Source of the DNA: a virus
DNA length: 64,000 bases
Strand: one strand, 5' to 3'
IMG/VR virus record: IMGVR_UViG_3300046096_000411
Location: 1-64,000 of that record
The translations under genes and the position numbers were made by a program. The notes under the pieces were generated by a model. That model was not told the origin of the DNA. It searched no databases and saw nothing but the letters and a program-made list of their open reading frames with translations. Shown here piece after piece: positions 37,349-46,407 of the stretch. Position 1 is the first letter of the stretch, and every line of letters starts with the position of its first letter.

Positions 37349-38227
37349 TTAGTTGCCTTGGCCGTTACCGCCAGCCAGACCGAACAAACGGCCGCGCAAA
37401 GCAGTGCGGAAGGACTGACCGTGCACCACGCAGTTCACGTTCTTGATCATGTCCACAGTAATGAACGTGTCGTGAGCGGCGGCGTTGGATACTTCCAGAG
37501 CAGCCACAGCAGCAGCGGCACCAGCAGCAACACCAGCGGCGTTGTTTGCAGTTGCTTGGGCAGCGGCAGCGGCAGCTGCAGCGGCTGCAGCTGCAGTAGC
37601 AGCAGCGTCGGCAGCAGCTTGGGCGGCGGCGATGGAGGCAGCGCTGACGCTCAGGCCGGCAACCGCGTCTTGCAGAGCGGTGATGCGAACGGACTGCTGT
37701 GCGTCGGAGGCTTCGAGGTTGGTGACCTTGTTGGTCAGGTCAGCAATCGAAGCGGTCAGGGCAACGCAATCGCAGTCACCACCGGTGCCGCCAGTGCCTT
37801 CCGTCTGAATGGTAACGATCTGCTGGGTCAACGTGGCGACCGTGGCCTCCAAGGTCTCCAAGTCGCTACGCAGGGCATCGTCGCCAGCAACGCGGGCAGC
37901 GGTTTCGCTGGTCAGGGCGGTCTGGATGGCTTCAACAACAGCAGCCAGGTCGGCAACAGCGGTGCTACCTTCCAGAACGTCCAAGCGGTTGTCCAATGCG
38001 GACAACTGGGCCAGGATGGACTGGGCAGTAAGCTGGTCGCCTTCAGTGTTGCTTGCCAACAAAGCATTCAGCGTGGCGATTTGCGCGCTGATAGCGTTGA
38101 GGTCAGCGCCCTGCAGGGCGAGGACTTGGTCAAATTTATCTTGGACCGCTTGGCCGATCTCATCACCGAAGGTGGTGGAGATGCAGCTAATCAGCGTATT
38201 CAGTTCGTCGTTGTACGTGGTGGACAT
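37349..38227 (-). CDS. Coiled-coil fibre-like protein with poly-Ala tract
   Basis: Heptad pattern throughout; start taken at MSTTYN. Confidence 0.7.
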   Translation of the reverse strand: MSTTYNDELNTLISCISTTFGDEIGQAVQDKFDQVLALQGADLNAISAQIATLNALLASNTEGDQLTAQSILAQLSALDNRLDVLEGSTAVADLAAVVEAIQTALTSETAARVAGDDALRSDLETLEATVATLTQQIVTIQTEGTGGTGGDCDCVALTASIADLTNKVTNLEASDAQQSVRITALQDAVAGLSVSAASIAAAQAAADAAATAAAAAAAAAAAAQATANNAAGVAAGAAAAVAALEVSNAAAHDTFITVDMIKNVNCVVHGQSFRTALRGRLFGLAGGNGQGN

Positions 38228-38263
38228 AAGTGTTTCCAATTAGGGATGGGGACAAACCGCCTC

Positions 38264-38464
38264 TCACGCGGGCGGCGTTGCGTTCTCCAGCGTGCTGGGG
38301 GAATCGGTGGAGCAACCTTGGCCGTTCAGGACGGCCTGCAGGTCGCTGATGCGCTGCATGTGAGACGCGATTTCGGCTTGCACCAGGCAATGCAAGAGCT
38401 CGCCAATTTGCTCGCCAATGGCCACCGCGAAACAGGACAGTTTCTCATCTAAGATGTTGCTCAT
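38264..38464 (-). CDS. Small protein resembling N-terminus of downstream coiled-coil protein
   Basis: LSCFAVAIGEQIGE vs ISCISTTFGDEIGQ. Confidence 0.6.
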   Translation of the reverse strand: MSNILDEKLSCFAVAIGEQIGELLHCLVQAEIASHMQRISDLQAVLNGQGCSTDSPSTLENATPPA

Positions 38465-38499
38465 GTAGTTCCCTTGTGGATGCCAAAAGCAGCGGTAAA

Positions 38500-39504
38500 T
38501 TACGCCTGCTTCTGAACTGCTCGCGTTATGTTTCCGTCCTTGTCGCGCTCGATCTCGGTGACCATGCGGCGAGGCTCCGGCAATTCTAGCGTCACGTTTG
38601 GAGCTGGAACCACGACCGGCTCAATATTCACGATAGGAGCCGCGACGTTGACCACGGGCGCTGGCACGACCACGGGGTCGATGTTAACGACCGGCGCCGC
38701 CACATGCACGTCTGGAGCCGCCACATTGACCACTGGCGCAGGCACCACAATCGGCTCGATATTGACGACCGGCGCGGGCTGCTGGGGCACGTTGACGTGC
38801 ACCACGGGTGGCTGAGCCTCTGGCACCGTGATGTTGACGATAGGCGCGACCTGCTCCGGCACCTTGACGTCGATGCGCGGGTCAAAGTGGATGACGGGCT
38901 GGGCTTGCGCGAGCGCATGAATGGCCCCCACAAGCTGCGACTGCAGCTCGGCCAGACCATCCAGTCGGGCCACGATGGCGGAGGCGTCCTGGGCCCCGCT
39001 GGCGGCTACGGACGCAGCGGTCTGGTGCACAGCCACCACCATGCCGTCCAGCGACTTCGCCAGGTCGGATAACCCGTGAAGGTCAACGCGGGTCGCGGCA
39101 GGCATCAGACTGACGACTGGCGAATGAAAAGACTTGGCGAGAGACGACGGCCGGGCCTTGGGCTTGTCCAGCGCCAGGCGCTCGCCACGAGCCTCGGGCG
39201 GGATGCCGACATACCGGCGGTTGCCCGTCGAGTCTGCCACGATCATGCCGTCGGAGCCTTCCTCCAGAACCCGGTACCGCTGCACGGCCCGCTTTTTGTG
39301 TCCGGCGATGTGCTCCCACTTGACCTTATGCTGGGCGCCGCCGTGCTCCACGGTGCAGCCGTGCTGGCCGGCGCAAAGCACCTTGCCGGACACAGGGGTG
39401 CCGGCCTTGTGAAAATAAACCTCGTCGCCCGGGAACGCGTGGCACACGGCTGGCGTGGCCGCCTGCTTTTGGGTTGGCGACTTGGGGGCGTTGAAGCTGG
39501 CCAT
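38500..39504 (-). CDS. Portal-adjacent protein with PVVN(V/I) repeats
   Basis: TGATG coupling to portal; two LAKS sites; repeated PVVNV/PVVNI units. Confidence 0.75.
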   Translation of the reverse strand: MASFNAPKSPTQKQAATPAVCHAFPGDEVYFHKAGTPVSGKVLCAGQHGCTVEHGGAQHKVKWEHIAGHKKRAVQRYRVLEEGSDGMIVADSTGNRRYVGIPPEARGERLALDKPKARPSSLAKSFHSPVVSLMPAATRVDLHGLSDLAKSLDGMVVAVHQTAASVAASGAQDASAIVARLDGLAELQSQLVGAIHALAQAQPVIHFDPRIDVKVPEQVAPIVNITVPEAQPPVVHVNVPQQPAPVVNIEPIVVPAPVVNVAAPDVHVAAPVVNIDPVVVPAPVVNVAAPIVNIEPVVVPAPNVTLELPEPRRMVTEIERDKDGNITRAVQKQA

Positions 39505-41207
39505 CAGGGCTCCACGGTAAAAACAGGCAGGCCAAACGACTTCTGCATGTCTTGACCATCATCCTGCCCGGGGTCGGGCTGGCCGCCGTCATCAAACATG
39601 CCGTCCTCGGGTGCTTCGCCCTGCTGGTCGCCGCCTTCCTCTGGTGGCTGTCCGCCACCAGGTCCGGGGGCGCCGTAATCTTCCTGCTGGGCTTGGTTTT
39701 CAGCCTGCCACGCAGACATCAGCGACGGATTCAGCGGGGCGTTGCCCCATTCGCCCTTGACCTCTTCCATGCCCTGAGCCTTGCGGGCCTCATTGAGCGT
39801 GAGGATGGTCTTGTCCTTTTCCCAGCGCATCTGGGGGTCTTCTTCATCGAGGCCCGTCCAGCGAAAGACGTACTTGTCGCCGAATTCGGACACAATGTAG
39901 TCGGAAAACAAATCCTCGAAGTGGGACAGCAACGGGCGCAAGCCCTTGTCCTTGGAGTTGATCAGCTTTTCCTCGGTGTCCGAGCCGGACAGCGAAGACG
40001 TGCCAGAGGTGAATGACTCGAAGTTGATCTCGTCCGGCGCGATGCCGTAGATCGCGCAAATGATGGACGTGAGGAACGTCATCCACTTGGCGAACATGAT
40101 CTCGTTCACGTCCACGCCGAAGTTTTCAAACGCGGCCTTGGACTCCTGGTTCTTCGACACCAGCACAGGGAGCGTCCAGGCATTGTTGATGCCCTTGACC
40201 ATGGAATTCCAGTACCGCTTGAACGCGGCCATGTCCTGGTCGCTGTACTCGCCGGTCAGGTGCAGCAAGCCCTTGGGGATAGCGTTGCTGTCGAAATACT
40301 TGGTGTTGTAGCTGAAAGCGTTAAGGAAGCCCGTGACCACACGCACCAGCAGCTCGGTCTCGGACAGGCCGTAGCCGCCCACCAGAACATCGGTGCGGGG
40401 ATTGCGCGGGACGTAGATCAGGTCGTCGTGGGTGTAGGCGGCCCGGATGTTCCCATCCACCACCTGCAGCGCGAAAATCTCATCCTCGTCGCGGTAGCCC
40501 ACCTCGTTGGCAAGCCGGATGGTAGCGCCGTCCACGGCATACATGCCGTCAATACCCAGCGACTTGTTGCGCTTGTACTCGGTTTCGATTGGCGCGCTGT
40601 CCAGCGTAAGGCTGTCGCGCACCAGTTTGGCCATGAGGTTCGAGAAGTTGTCGCGCTTCAGGCGTGCGCGCTGGCGCGGGTTGCGCTCCCAGCCGCTGTG
40701 CGTGAAGAAGTCCTGCATAAGCGCGATGGATTGCTGCTCGTCGCTGCCGAGCTTGGCATTGGGGTCTTTCAGGCGAACCTGAAACCCGGGGCCTTTGCCA
40801 CCGTCTGGTACGCGGCAAAACCGCTTCACCTGGCGAATGCGGGTGAAGATTACCGCAGAAAGAATTGGGGTCTGGTCCACCATGCCGCGCAGCATGTCAA
40901 AACTCATGTTCGACCAGCGCTCACGCCACTCGCCCATGGCGTTGCCATAGGTGTCGTTCACCCACACGGACTGCATGCCGGCCTTGCCGTCGGCTATGGC
41001 CCGGCTCGGGAATGGTATGACGTTGGGTTTTGCCAGCGACTTTGCGAACTCGCTCTCTTCGTACTGCCGCTGCATGTACTCCACGACCGGCATCATGTCG
41101 GTGACGCTTTTGGGCAGCGCCGCCTGCTGCGCCTCTTGCATGGCGTGCGAGCGCTCATCTTGCGGAGCGGCGCCATTGAAGGCGGTGGATAGTGCAGTTT
41201 CAGCCAT
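39504..41207 (-). CDS. Portal protein
   Basis: YAVDGATIR, GYGLSETE, YFDSNAIPKGLL, ICAIYGIAPDEINF, LTLNEARK portal motifs. Confidence 0.92.
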   Translation of the reverse strand: MAETALSTAFNGAAPQDERSHAMQEAQQAALPKSVTDMMPVVEYMQRQYEESEFAKSLAKPNVIPFPSRAIADGKAGMQSVWVNDTYGNAMGEWRERWSNMSFDMLRGMVDQTPILSAVIFTRIRQVKRFCRVPDGGKGPGFQVRLKDPNAKLGSDEQQSIALMQDFFTHSGWERNPRQRARLKRDNFSNLMAKLVRDSLTLDSAPIETEYKRNKSLGIDGMYAVDGATIRLANEVGYRDEDEIFALQVVDGNIRAAYTHDDLIYVPRNPRTDVLVGGYGLSETELLVRVVTGFLNAFSYNTKYFDSNAIPKGLLHLTGEYSDQDMAAFKRYWNSMVKGINNAWTLPVLVSKNQESKAAFENFGVDVNEIMFAKWMTFLTSIICAIYGIAPDEINFESFTSGTSSLSGSDTEEKLINSKDKGLRPLLSHFEDLFSDYIVSEFGDKYVFRWTGLDEEDPQMRWEKDKTILTLNEARKAQGMEEVKGEWGNAPLNPSLMSAWQAENQAQQEDYGAPGPGGGQPPEEGGDQQGEAPEDGMFDDGGQPDPGQDDGQDMQKSFGLPVFTVEP

Positions 41208-41229
41208 GCGGGAAGTGTGCTGTCACGAC
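41208..41229 (-). promoter_or_regulatory. Late-promoter motif, leaderless (GTCGTGA cagc ACACT tcccgc ATG)
   Basis: TCACGAC at 41223-41229. Confidence 0.85.
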
Positions 41230-41249
41230 AACAAAAAAGAAGGCGCAGC

Positions 41250-41296
41250 GAGTTGCGGCAACATTTTTGCGGTAGAATTACTACATCAACAGGAGA
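41250..41296 (+). promoter_or_regulatory. Sigma70-like promoter (-10 TAGAAT) and SD for dUTPase island
   Basis: TAGAAT 41273-41278; AGGAG 41291-41295; overlaps CAACATTTTTGCGGT box. Confidence 0.5.
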
Positions 41297-41300
41297 AACC

Positions 41301-41420
41301 ATGAACATCAACGAAATGACCCCACGCGAACGCCAAATCGAAAAGTTGAAAGACTACTTGCTGGCAGTCTCCATCGGACTCGGTCTTGCTTGGATTTTGG
41401 TGGAATCCCTGTCCAAATAA
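41301..41420 (+). CDS. Small single-TM protein (39 aa)
   Basis: AGGAG SD; YLLAVSIGLGLAWILV hydrophobic stretch. Confidence 0.6.
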   Translation: MNINEMTPRERQIEKLKDYLLAVSIGLGLAWILVESLSK

Positions 41421-41468
41421 CGGCCCACGGCCACTGCCGCCAAAGTGGCCGACACCCAAGGAAATTCA

Positions 41469-41684
41469 ATGTCATCCAAACGCATCTACGCAACTACCGA
41501 CAACACGGGCGCGCGAAAACTCATCAGCGCCACGACATCGCACCAAGCGGTGGCCCACCACGCCAAGAGCACCATCAGCGTGCGCGTGGCTACGCCTGAA
41601 GACCTGATCGCGCTGACCAAGGCCGGTGTCGATGTCGAGGAAGTCGGAACAACATCATCCACAGAAGGCGGGGCTGCAGAATGA
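41469..41684 (+). CDS. Hypothetical protein
   Basis: AAGGA SD; stop overlaps dut start. Confidence 0.65.
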   Translation: MSSKRIYATTDNTGARKLISATTSHQAVAHHAKSTISVRVATPEDLIALTKAGVDVEEVGTTSSTEGGAAE

Positions 41685-42151
41685 TGCAAATGCAAATCGT
41701 CCCCCTCAAGGTCAAAAAACTGCACCTGGACGCCATTGTCCCAGTGCACCAGACAGCAGGCGCGGCCTGCTTTGATTTGCATTCCGTGCTAGAGGACGAC
41801 GTCCATCTCAACCACGGCCTAACCGTGAACCCCGGCACCAGCGAGGTCATCCGCACCGGGCTGGCTTTTGAGGTGCCCGCCGGCTACGTGATGCTGATAT
41901 ACAGCCGCAGCGGCCACGGCTTCAAAAACGGCGTGCGCCTGAGCAACTCCGTGGGCGTTATCGACTCGGACTACCGCGGGGAAATCAAGGTCGCGCTGCA
42001 CAACGACAGCCGCGCCAAGTTCAAGGTGGCCAACGGCGACCGCATCGCCCAAGCCATGCTGATGCCGGTACCGCGCTTGAACATAGTGGAGACTGAGCAA
42101 CTCAGCGAAACAGAGCGCGGCGCCGGCGGGTTCGGGAGCACCGGTCGATGA
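41681..42151 (+). CDS. dut: Trimeric dUTPase
   Basis: AACFDL, SRSG, GVIDSDYRGEI, GDRIAQ, RGAGGFGSTG (all five motifs). Confidence 0.97.
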   Translation: MMQMQIVPLKVKKLHLDAIVPVHQTAGAACFDLHSVLEDDVHLNHGLTVNPGTSEVIRTGLAFEVPAGYVMLIYSRSGHGFKNGVRLSNSVGVIDSDYRGEIKVALHNDSRAKFKVANGDRIAQAMLMPVPRLNIVETEQLSETERGAGGFGSTGR

Positions 42152-42609
42152 GAAAGCGCACGCGCCGAAAGATTTATGCGTTGGTTAACCCGATTGCCTA
42201 CGCAATCGAGGGAGCAAGCGTAACCCCCACGGACCAGCTCGATAGCCTTCGTGTTCTAGAGCTGTCCGCCATTGATGCGGTCGCTCGTGGAATGGGGACT
42301 GTAAAAGACCTTTCGGCGCTGCGCGACATGGCTAACCTCTGTGAAATGATGGCGCTCGGAGGTGTTGGACCCGAGGCGCTGGAGCCGTCAAGGCTGGCGC
42401 AAAGAGAGATGATCGACATAGTGGAGCGCCGGAAAAGAACCGGTCGCATTGGCGCCACAGGCTCAGGCCTTGAATCATTCCGCGAGCTTTTCAGGTGGCA
42501 CGACCTCCAGCGCACCAGCATCTCGCGCAGCGAGTATGAGAGATACATTGTGAAGACGACAAACGCCGTCAAAGGTGGCAGGGCCACCGTGGTCAACTTG
42601 GACAGTTAA
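42148..42609 (+). CDS. Hypothetical phage protein
   Basis: 153 aa helical, ATGA-coupled to dut. Confidence 0.7.
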   Translation: MRKRTRRKIYALVNPIAYAIEGASVTPTDQLDSLRVLELSAIDAVARGMGTVKDLSALRDMANLCEMMALGGVGPEALEPSRLAQREMIDIVERRKRTGRIGATGSGLESFRELFRWHDLQRTSISRSEYERYIVKTTNAVKGGRATVVNLDS

Positions 42610-45227
42610 ACCGCAATAAACAACGGGCACCCGGGGTCTGTTTCGCGCACGCGAACACCATCCCGCTCGTTGCATCGTCCGTTATCGAATGAAATACAGC
42701 GTCCGCACACGTCGCCTGACACCTGCAAAACCTCCTGAATGGCGTTGCTCAACGTCGGCGTGTACCGCTCAAGCACAACCTGCACCGACGTCTCCTTGGG
42801 CTTTTCTGGCTCCGGCAGGATAAACATATTGGTGCCATACGCGCGGGCCCATGCCACGTCCACAAGCATGTTGGCGTAGCTGGTGTGCGGGTCGATGCCG
42901 ACCTTCACCACCCGGCGTTTAAACTTTTTCTCTTCCTCGTCCTTTTCCGCGATCAGCGCTGTGCGGGTGAAGTGGAAGAACGCGTACTCCTTGCAGACGG
43001 CGGACATCCGCCATTTGCCCTTCTCCAGAACCTCCTGCACCAAGCCCTCGGGGTCAGGGAACAGGCAGAGCTTTTTCTGGAAGCGACCCATAGACACCTG
43101 CATGCACTTGTACTGGTCGAGCGTGACGGTGAAGCGGTCCCGCAATTCCTCGTCCGTCCGGCGTTCGCTGGTGTCCAGCTTGGGGGCGTCGCCCCAGCGC
43201 AGCATGTCGCCCTCCATGTTGCCGTAGCCAGCCAGGAACACGCGGCCGTCATGGCGGCGGGCAAACGACTTGGCATTGTCGTAGTTGGGAAGCGTTTCCA
43301 CCACACAGCACTGCACGCCGTAGGTCGACATCAGCTCGTCGCACCGGTCCCATGGCGAGGCCTCGGGGTCGTCTTTGGTGGGCGCTCGGAAGATGTACTC
43401 CATGTGCAGCACGGCCTGGCGGCCGTCGGGCAGCCGCTCCTTGATGATGGCCACAATGAAGGAGCCCATCTGGTCGAGCCCCATGAAGGTGCCCCTGCCA
43501 TTGCGCCGCCACTGGAGCCCGTACTCCACACCCACGCGGGCGCACTCGTTGAGCATTTCCAGATTCACCGGCACCTGTGACGGGTCGGTGTAGGGCTTGC
43601 CCAGCTTCCGGTTAAAAAAGTTCTTCATGTCGTCGGCGTTGTGGTACGCCTCGATGATGTCCCTGGGGCTGATTGTTGGCGACAGAAACTGCGGGAAGTG
43701 CACCGAGCGAATCTCGGAATCCGGCGTCTTTGCGATCCACTGGCCGATCTGCGGGTCGTCAATCCACCCCTGGCACGACACGCACCGGTAGCGGTACTCG
43801 CCACGGGCGGCGCCGCCCTCGCGCTGCAGCAGGCGCGGAGCCTCGGGGTCGTAGCCGATGCATTGGGGGAAATTTTCGTCCAGCACCTGTAGCATCGCGC
43901 AGTGCGGGCACTCGGTGTGGAACTGGTGCTGGGTGCCCTTTTTGTACCAGAAGTGAATGTCGGAGTCCGGCCAGTTGGCCGTGGAGCCCATGAGCGTGTA
44001 CCGCAGCGACGAGGCGGACATACGCTCGCGGGTTTTCTCCATGTCCGCGATTGCCATCTCCTGCACCTCGTCAAACGAGACGACGTCCATGGGGAAGGAT
44101 TCGGTCGCGGTCTTGCCGGTGGTCCACAGGAAGTGAAACCGGGACGAGCCCAAATTGCGAATAAGGATGTTGCCCTCGCCGCCACGGCCGCCGGATGCCT
44201 GCTTCTCGGTCATCAGCGCGTACACGTCGGGTACCGTCCGCACGATGGGCATGAAGCGCTCGCTCGACTTGCCAGAGGCCAGCATCTGCGACGGCATAAA
44301 CATGCCGATCTTGGCTGGCGAGAACCGCATGGCCAGGTAGATCATGGCCAACATTTCCATGACGGTGAAGCCCACCTGGGTGCACTTCATGATCACGTCG
44401 GTACGGTTGAAGGCGTCCTCAATCGTGGCGGGGATGAGTTCGTAAATGAACCGCATCGCCGGGCGGTCGGACAGCGTGAATGGCCGGCCGTCAACCTTGA
44501 GCCCTTCGGCTTCCAGCCGCTCGCACCACTGCAGGAACGTCTCGCCGGGCTTGAGTGAGCGCTGCTCTTGGGTGAACTCGACCGCCACATCAAAGAACTC
44601 AGCACCGAACCGCTGGCGCTGCTCCAGCTCGGTGCCCAGCGACGCGGCCAGTCGCGCCTCTTCAGGTAGGTGCGGATTGCAGAAGCTGTCGAACTGCCAC
44701 ACCGACCAGTCGGGGTCAGTCTGTCCGAGCCGGCACAGCCGGTAGAAGTCGTTGCGCTTGCCGAAAGCCCCGGACAGGAACCATGCGTCGCCGTTGTAGA
44801 CCTTCAACATGGGGCGAAGCACGTCCTCCCACAGATTGAGTAGGCCATCCACGAGCCGGGCGTCGTCCACCACGATCAGGCCGTACTGTTCGAACAGCTC
44901 CTGGGGCTTCTCGAAGCTGTAGAAGTCCACGAACCCGCCGGACACCAGCTCGATGCGTCGGGCGTTGACGCGGCGTTTGATGAGCGGGTCGATGGCGCGC
45001 ATCACAAGGCGGCGAGCCTCAATCATGGCGTCGTCGGTCGGCGAGAACCAAGCAACCGGCTTCTTGCTGTTGAGCGCGCCCTTGGGGCTGGCGAGTAGCA
45101 CCTCAATGCCAAGCGTTGTCTTGCCGAACTGCTCACCGGCGGCAACGGCGTTGTACCGGCTGGCGCGCGCCAAGGCCTTCTGCTGGGCCGCGTGGGGCGT
45201 TGGGAGCGATATTTTTACGGTAGCCAT
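42606..45227 (-). CDS. terL: Terminase large subunit (lambda gpA-like) with extra N-terminal terminase-ATPase-like domain
   Basis: MKCTQVGFT, VSFDEV, GSTAN, CPHC/CVSC, nuclease MGLDQ; N-terminal PHAAQ..GEQFGKT..IVVDDA domain; C-terminal Cys cluster. Confidence 0.88.
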   Translation of the reverse strand: MATVKISLPTPHAAQQKALARASRYNAVAAGEQFGKTTLGIEVLLASPKGALNSKKPVAWFSPTDDAMIEARRLVMRAIDPLIKRRVNARRIELVSGGFVDFYSFEKPQELFEQYGLIVVDDARLVDGLLNLWEDVLRPMLKVYNGDAWFLSGAFGKRNDFYRLCRLGQTDPDWSVWQFDSFCNPHLPEEARLAASLGTELEQRQRFGAEFFDVAVEFTQEQRSLKPGETFLQWCERLEAEGLKVDGRPFTLSDRPAMRFIYELIPATIEDAFNRTDVIMKCTQVGFTVMEMLAMIYLAMRFSPAKIGMFMPSQMLASGKSSERFMPIVRTVPDVYALMTEKQASGGRGGEGNILIRNLGSSRFHFLWTTGKTATESFPMDVVSFDEVQEMAIADMEKTRERMSASSLRYTLMGSTANWPDSDIHFWYKKGTQHQFHTECPHCAMLQVLDENFPQCIGYDPEAPRLLQREGGAARGEYRYRCVSCQGWIDDPQIGQWIAKTPDSEIRSVHFPQFLSPTISPRDIIEAYHNADDMKNFFNRKLGKPYTDPSQVPVNLEMLNECARVGVEYGLQWRRNGRGTFMGLDQMGSFIVAIIKERLPDGRQAVLHMEYIFRAPTKDDPEASPWDRCDELMSTYGVQCCVVETLPNYDNAKSFARRHDGRVFLAGYGNMEGDMLRWGDAPKLDTSERRTDEELRDRFTVTLDQYKCMQVSMGRFQKKLCLFPDPEGLVQEVLEKGKWRMSAVCKEYAFFHFTRTALIAEKDEEEKKFKRRVVKVGIDPHTSYANMLVDVAWARAYGTNMFILPEPEKPKETSVQVVLERYTPTLSNAIQEVLQVSGDVCGRCISFDNGRCNERDGVRVRETDPGCPLFIAV

Positions 45228-45248
45228 AACCCATCATTGTCTCACGAC
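45228..45248 (-). promoter_or_regulatory. Late-promoter motif, leaderless (GTCGTGA gaca ATGAT gggtt ATG)
   Basis: TCACGAC at 45242-45248, 14 nt to ATG. Confidence 0.75.
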
Positions 45249-45269
45249 TGGATGGGGCTGGCAGGCGGG

Positions 45270-45971
45270 CTACTTGAGCAGATCAGGGCGCACCATGAGC
45301 ATAGACTTTTCCATGGAGCCGCCGGGCTTTGCGTACTTGTAGCCGCCCCTAGCCATGCGCTGAGAGTCGGCGCCGCTGACTACGACGTGATGACTGTGAT
45401 CCGGGTGAGACATCACAAAGGCACCACCCTTGCTGTTTGCGCTTTTGTTTGAATACGAGTGGGCGCGGTCAGCAGTGGAGAAAACAGCAACCCCCGACTT
45501 TGACTTTGCTCCAGCACTGACGGCGTGGTTTGAGACGTCGTCGGCCGACATAGGAGGCTTAGGCTTTGCAGCACCGGCTGGCGCAGCAGGCTTCGCAGCC
45601 GGAAACTTCTTCTCGTACCCGGCAACCGAGCGCGCATGGTTCAAAGTCTTGAACCCGAGGCCCTCGTGGTGGTCTGGGTGGATGTGCTCCAAGACGTGAT
45701 CGCGGGCGGCTGTATCCATGCCTTTAAGGGTTCCCGACAGTGCCTTGTGATCGCCAGCCGCCATCTGGTCGGCGGCGATCTGGTTATGCCAGTGGTCTAT
45801 GTGGTCCGGCTTCGAGGACTCGCGCAAGGCCTTGGCGTGGGTACCGAGAGGCGGCGCCGCCGCCTGTCGCTTGTCGTCATGGGCCTGAACGATTGTGCCA
45901 TCGGAACGGGTGTAAGAATCGACGTGGGACTTCAGCATCTCGGGGAATACGATCAGGATTGGTTTCGACAT
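45270..45971 (-). CDS. Putative internal head (cargo) protein
   Basis: PILIVFPEMLK/SHVDSYTRSDGTIVQAH leader; His/Lys/Ala-rich; second MEK/S site near C-terminus. Confidence 0.65.
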   Translation of the reverse strand: MSKPILIVFPEMLKSHVDSYTRSDGTIVQAHDDKRQAAAPPLGTHAKALRESSKPDHIDHWHNQIAADQMAAGDHKALSGTLKGMDTAARDHVLEHIHPDHHEGLGFKTLNHARSVAGYEKKFPAAKPAAPAGAAKPKPPMSADDVSNHAVSAGAKSKSGVAVFSTADRAHSYSNKSANSKGGAFVMSHPDHSHHVVVSGADSQRMARGGYKYAKPGGSMEKSMLMVRPDLLK

Positions 45972-45985
45972 GGCGGCTCCAGAAT

Positions 45986-46008
45986 TTCCGACAGTATGCG
46001 GTCACGAC
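45986..46008 (-). promoter_or_regulatory. Late-promoter motif, leadered (GTCGTGA ccgc ATACT gtcgga A...GGAG...ATG)
   Basis: TCACGAC at 46002-46008 overlapping upstream stop codon; SD present downstream. Confidence 0.75.
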
Positions 46009-46343
46009 GCGCGCTGCGGGCGACCGGTGTAGGGGGCGGTTGGTTGCAGGCGGGCGTGTTCGCGCCAGAACGCGGAGTACGCGTTATGAAGATCGTCGTC
46101 ACGAACCGAGTTTTTGAAGTTGTCGTATTCAATGCTGGTGACCTCGGCGGAAATTGCCTCAGCGACCACATTGCGCGGCAGCACCGCGCGAAACGCGTAG
46201 TCGGTGTTGGTCGACTTTTTCACCTTGGCACCAGGAAACACGGCCTCGATGTCACCAGGTCGGCGCGCACGGACGAGCAGCTCGTCGGGGCCGCACTCCT
46301 TGGAAACGATGGACAGAAACGAATTATTCAAACAGACCCACAT
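46002..46343 (-). CDS. Conserved hypothetical protein (MW...FLSIV...LLVRAR...DY.FRA...YDNFKNSV)
   Basis: AGGAG SD at 46351-46355; well-formed globular sequence. Confidence 0.75.
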   Translation of the reverse strand: MWVCLNNSFLSIVSKECGPDELLVRARRPGDIEAVFPGAKVKKSTNTDYAFRAVLPRNVVAEAISAEVTSIEYDNFKNSVRDDDLHNAYSAFWREHARLQPTAPYTGRPQRAS

Positions 46344-46407
46344 AGAAACACTCCTAAAAAATTGGTGACGCAATATTACATCAACAATTTTGCGGTGTGT
46401 CGCTAAC

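Noticed and set aside
37500-37640. GCA/GCG trinucleotide run as a contingency locus
   Set aside because: Mixed Ala codons encoding an in-frame poly-Ala helix; not a pure repeat
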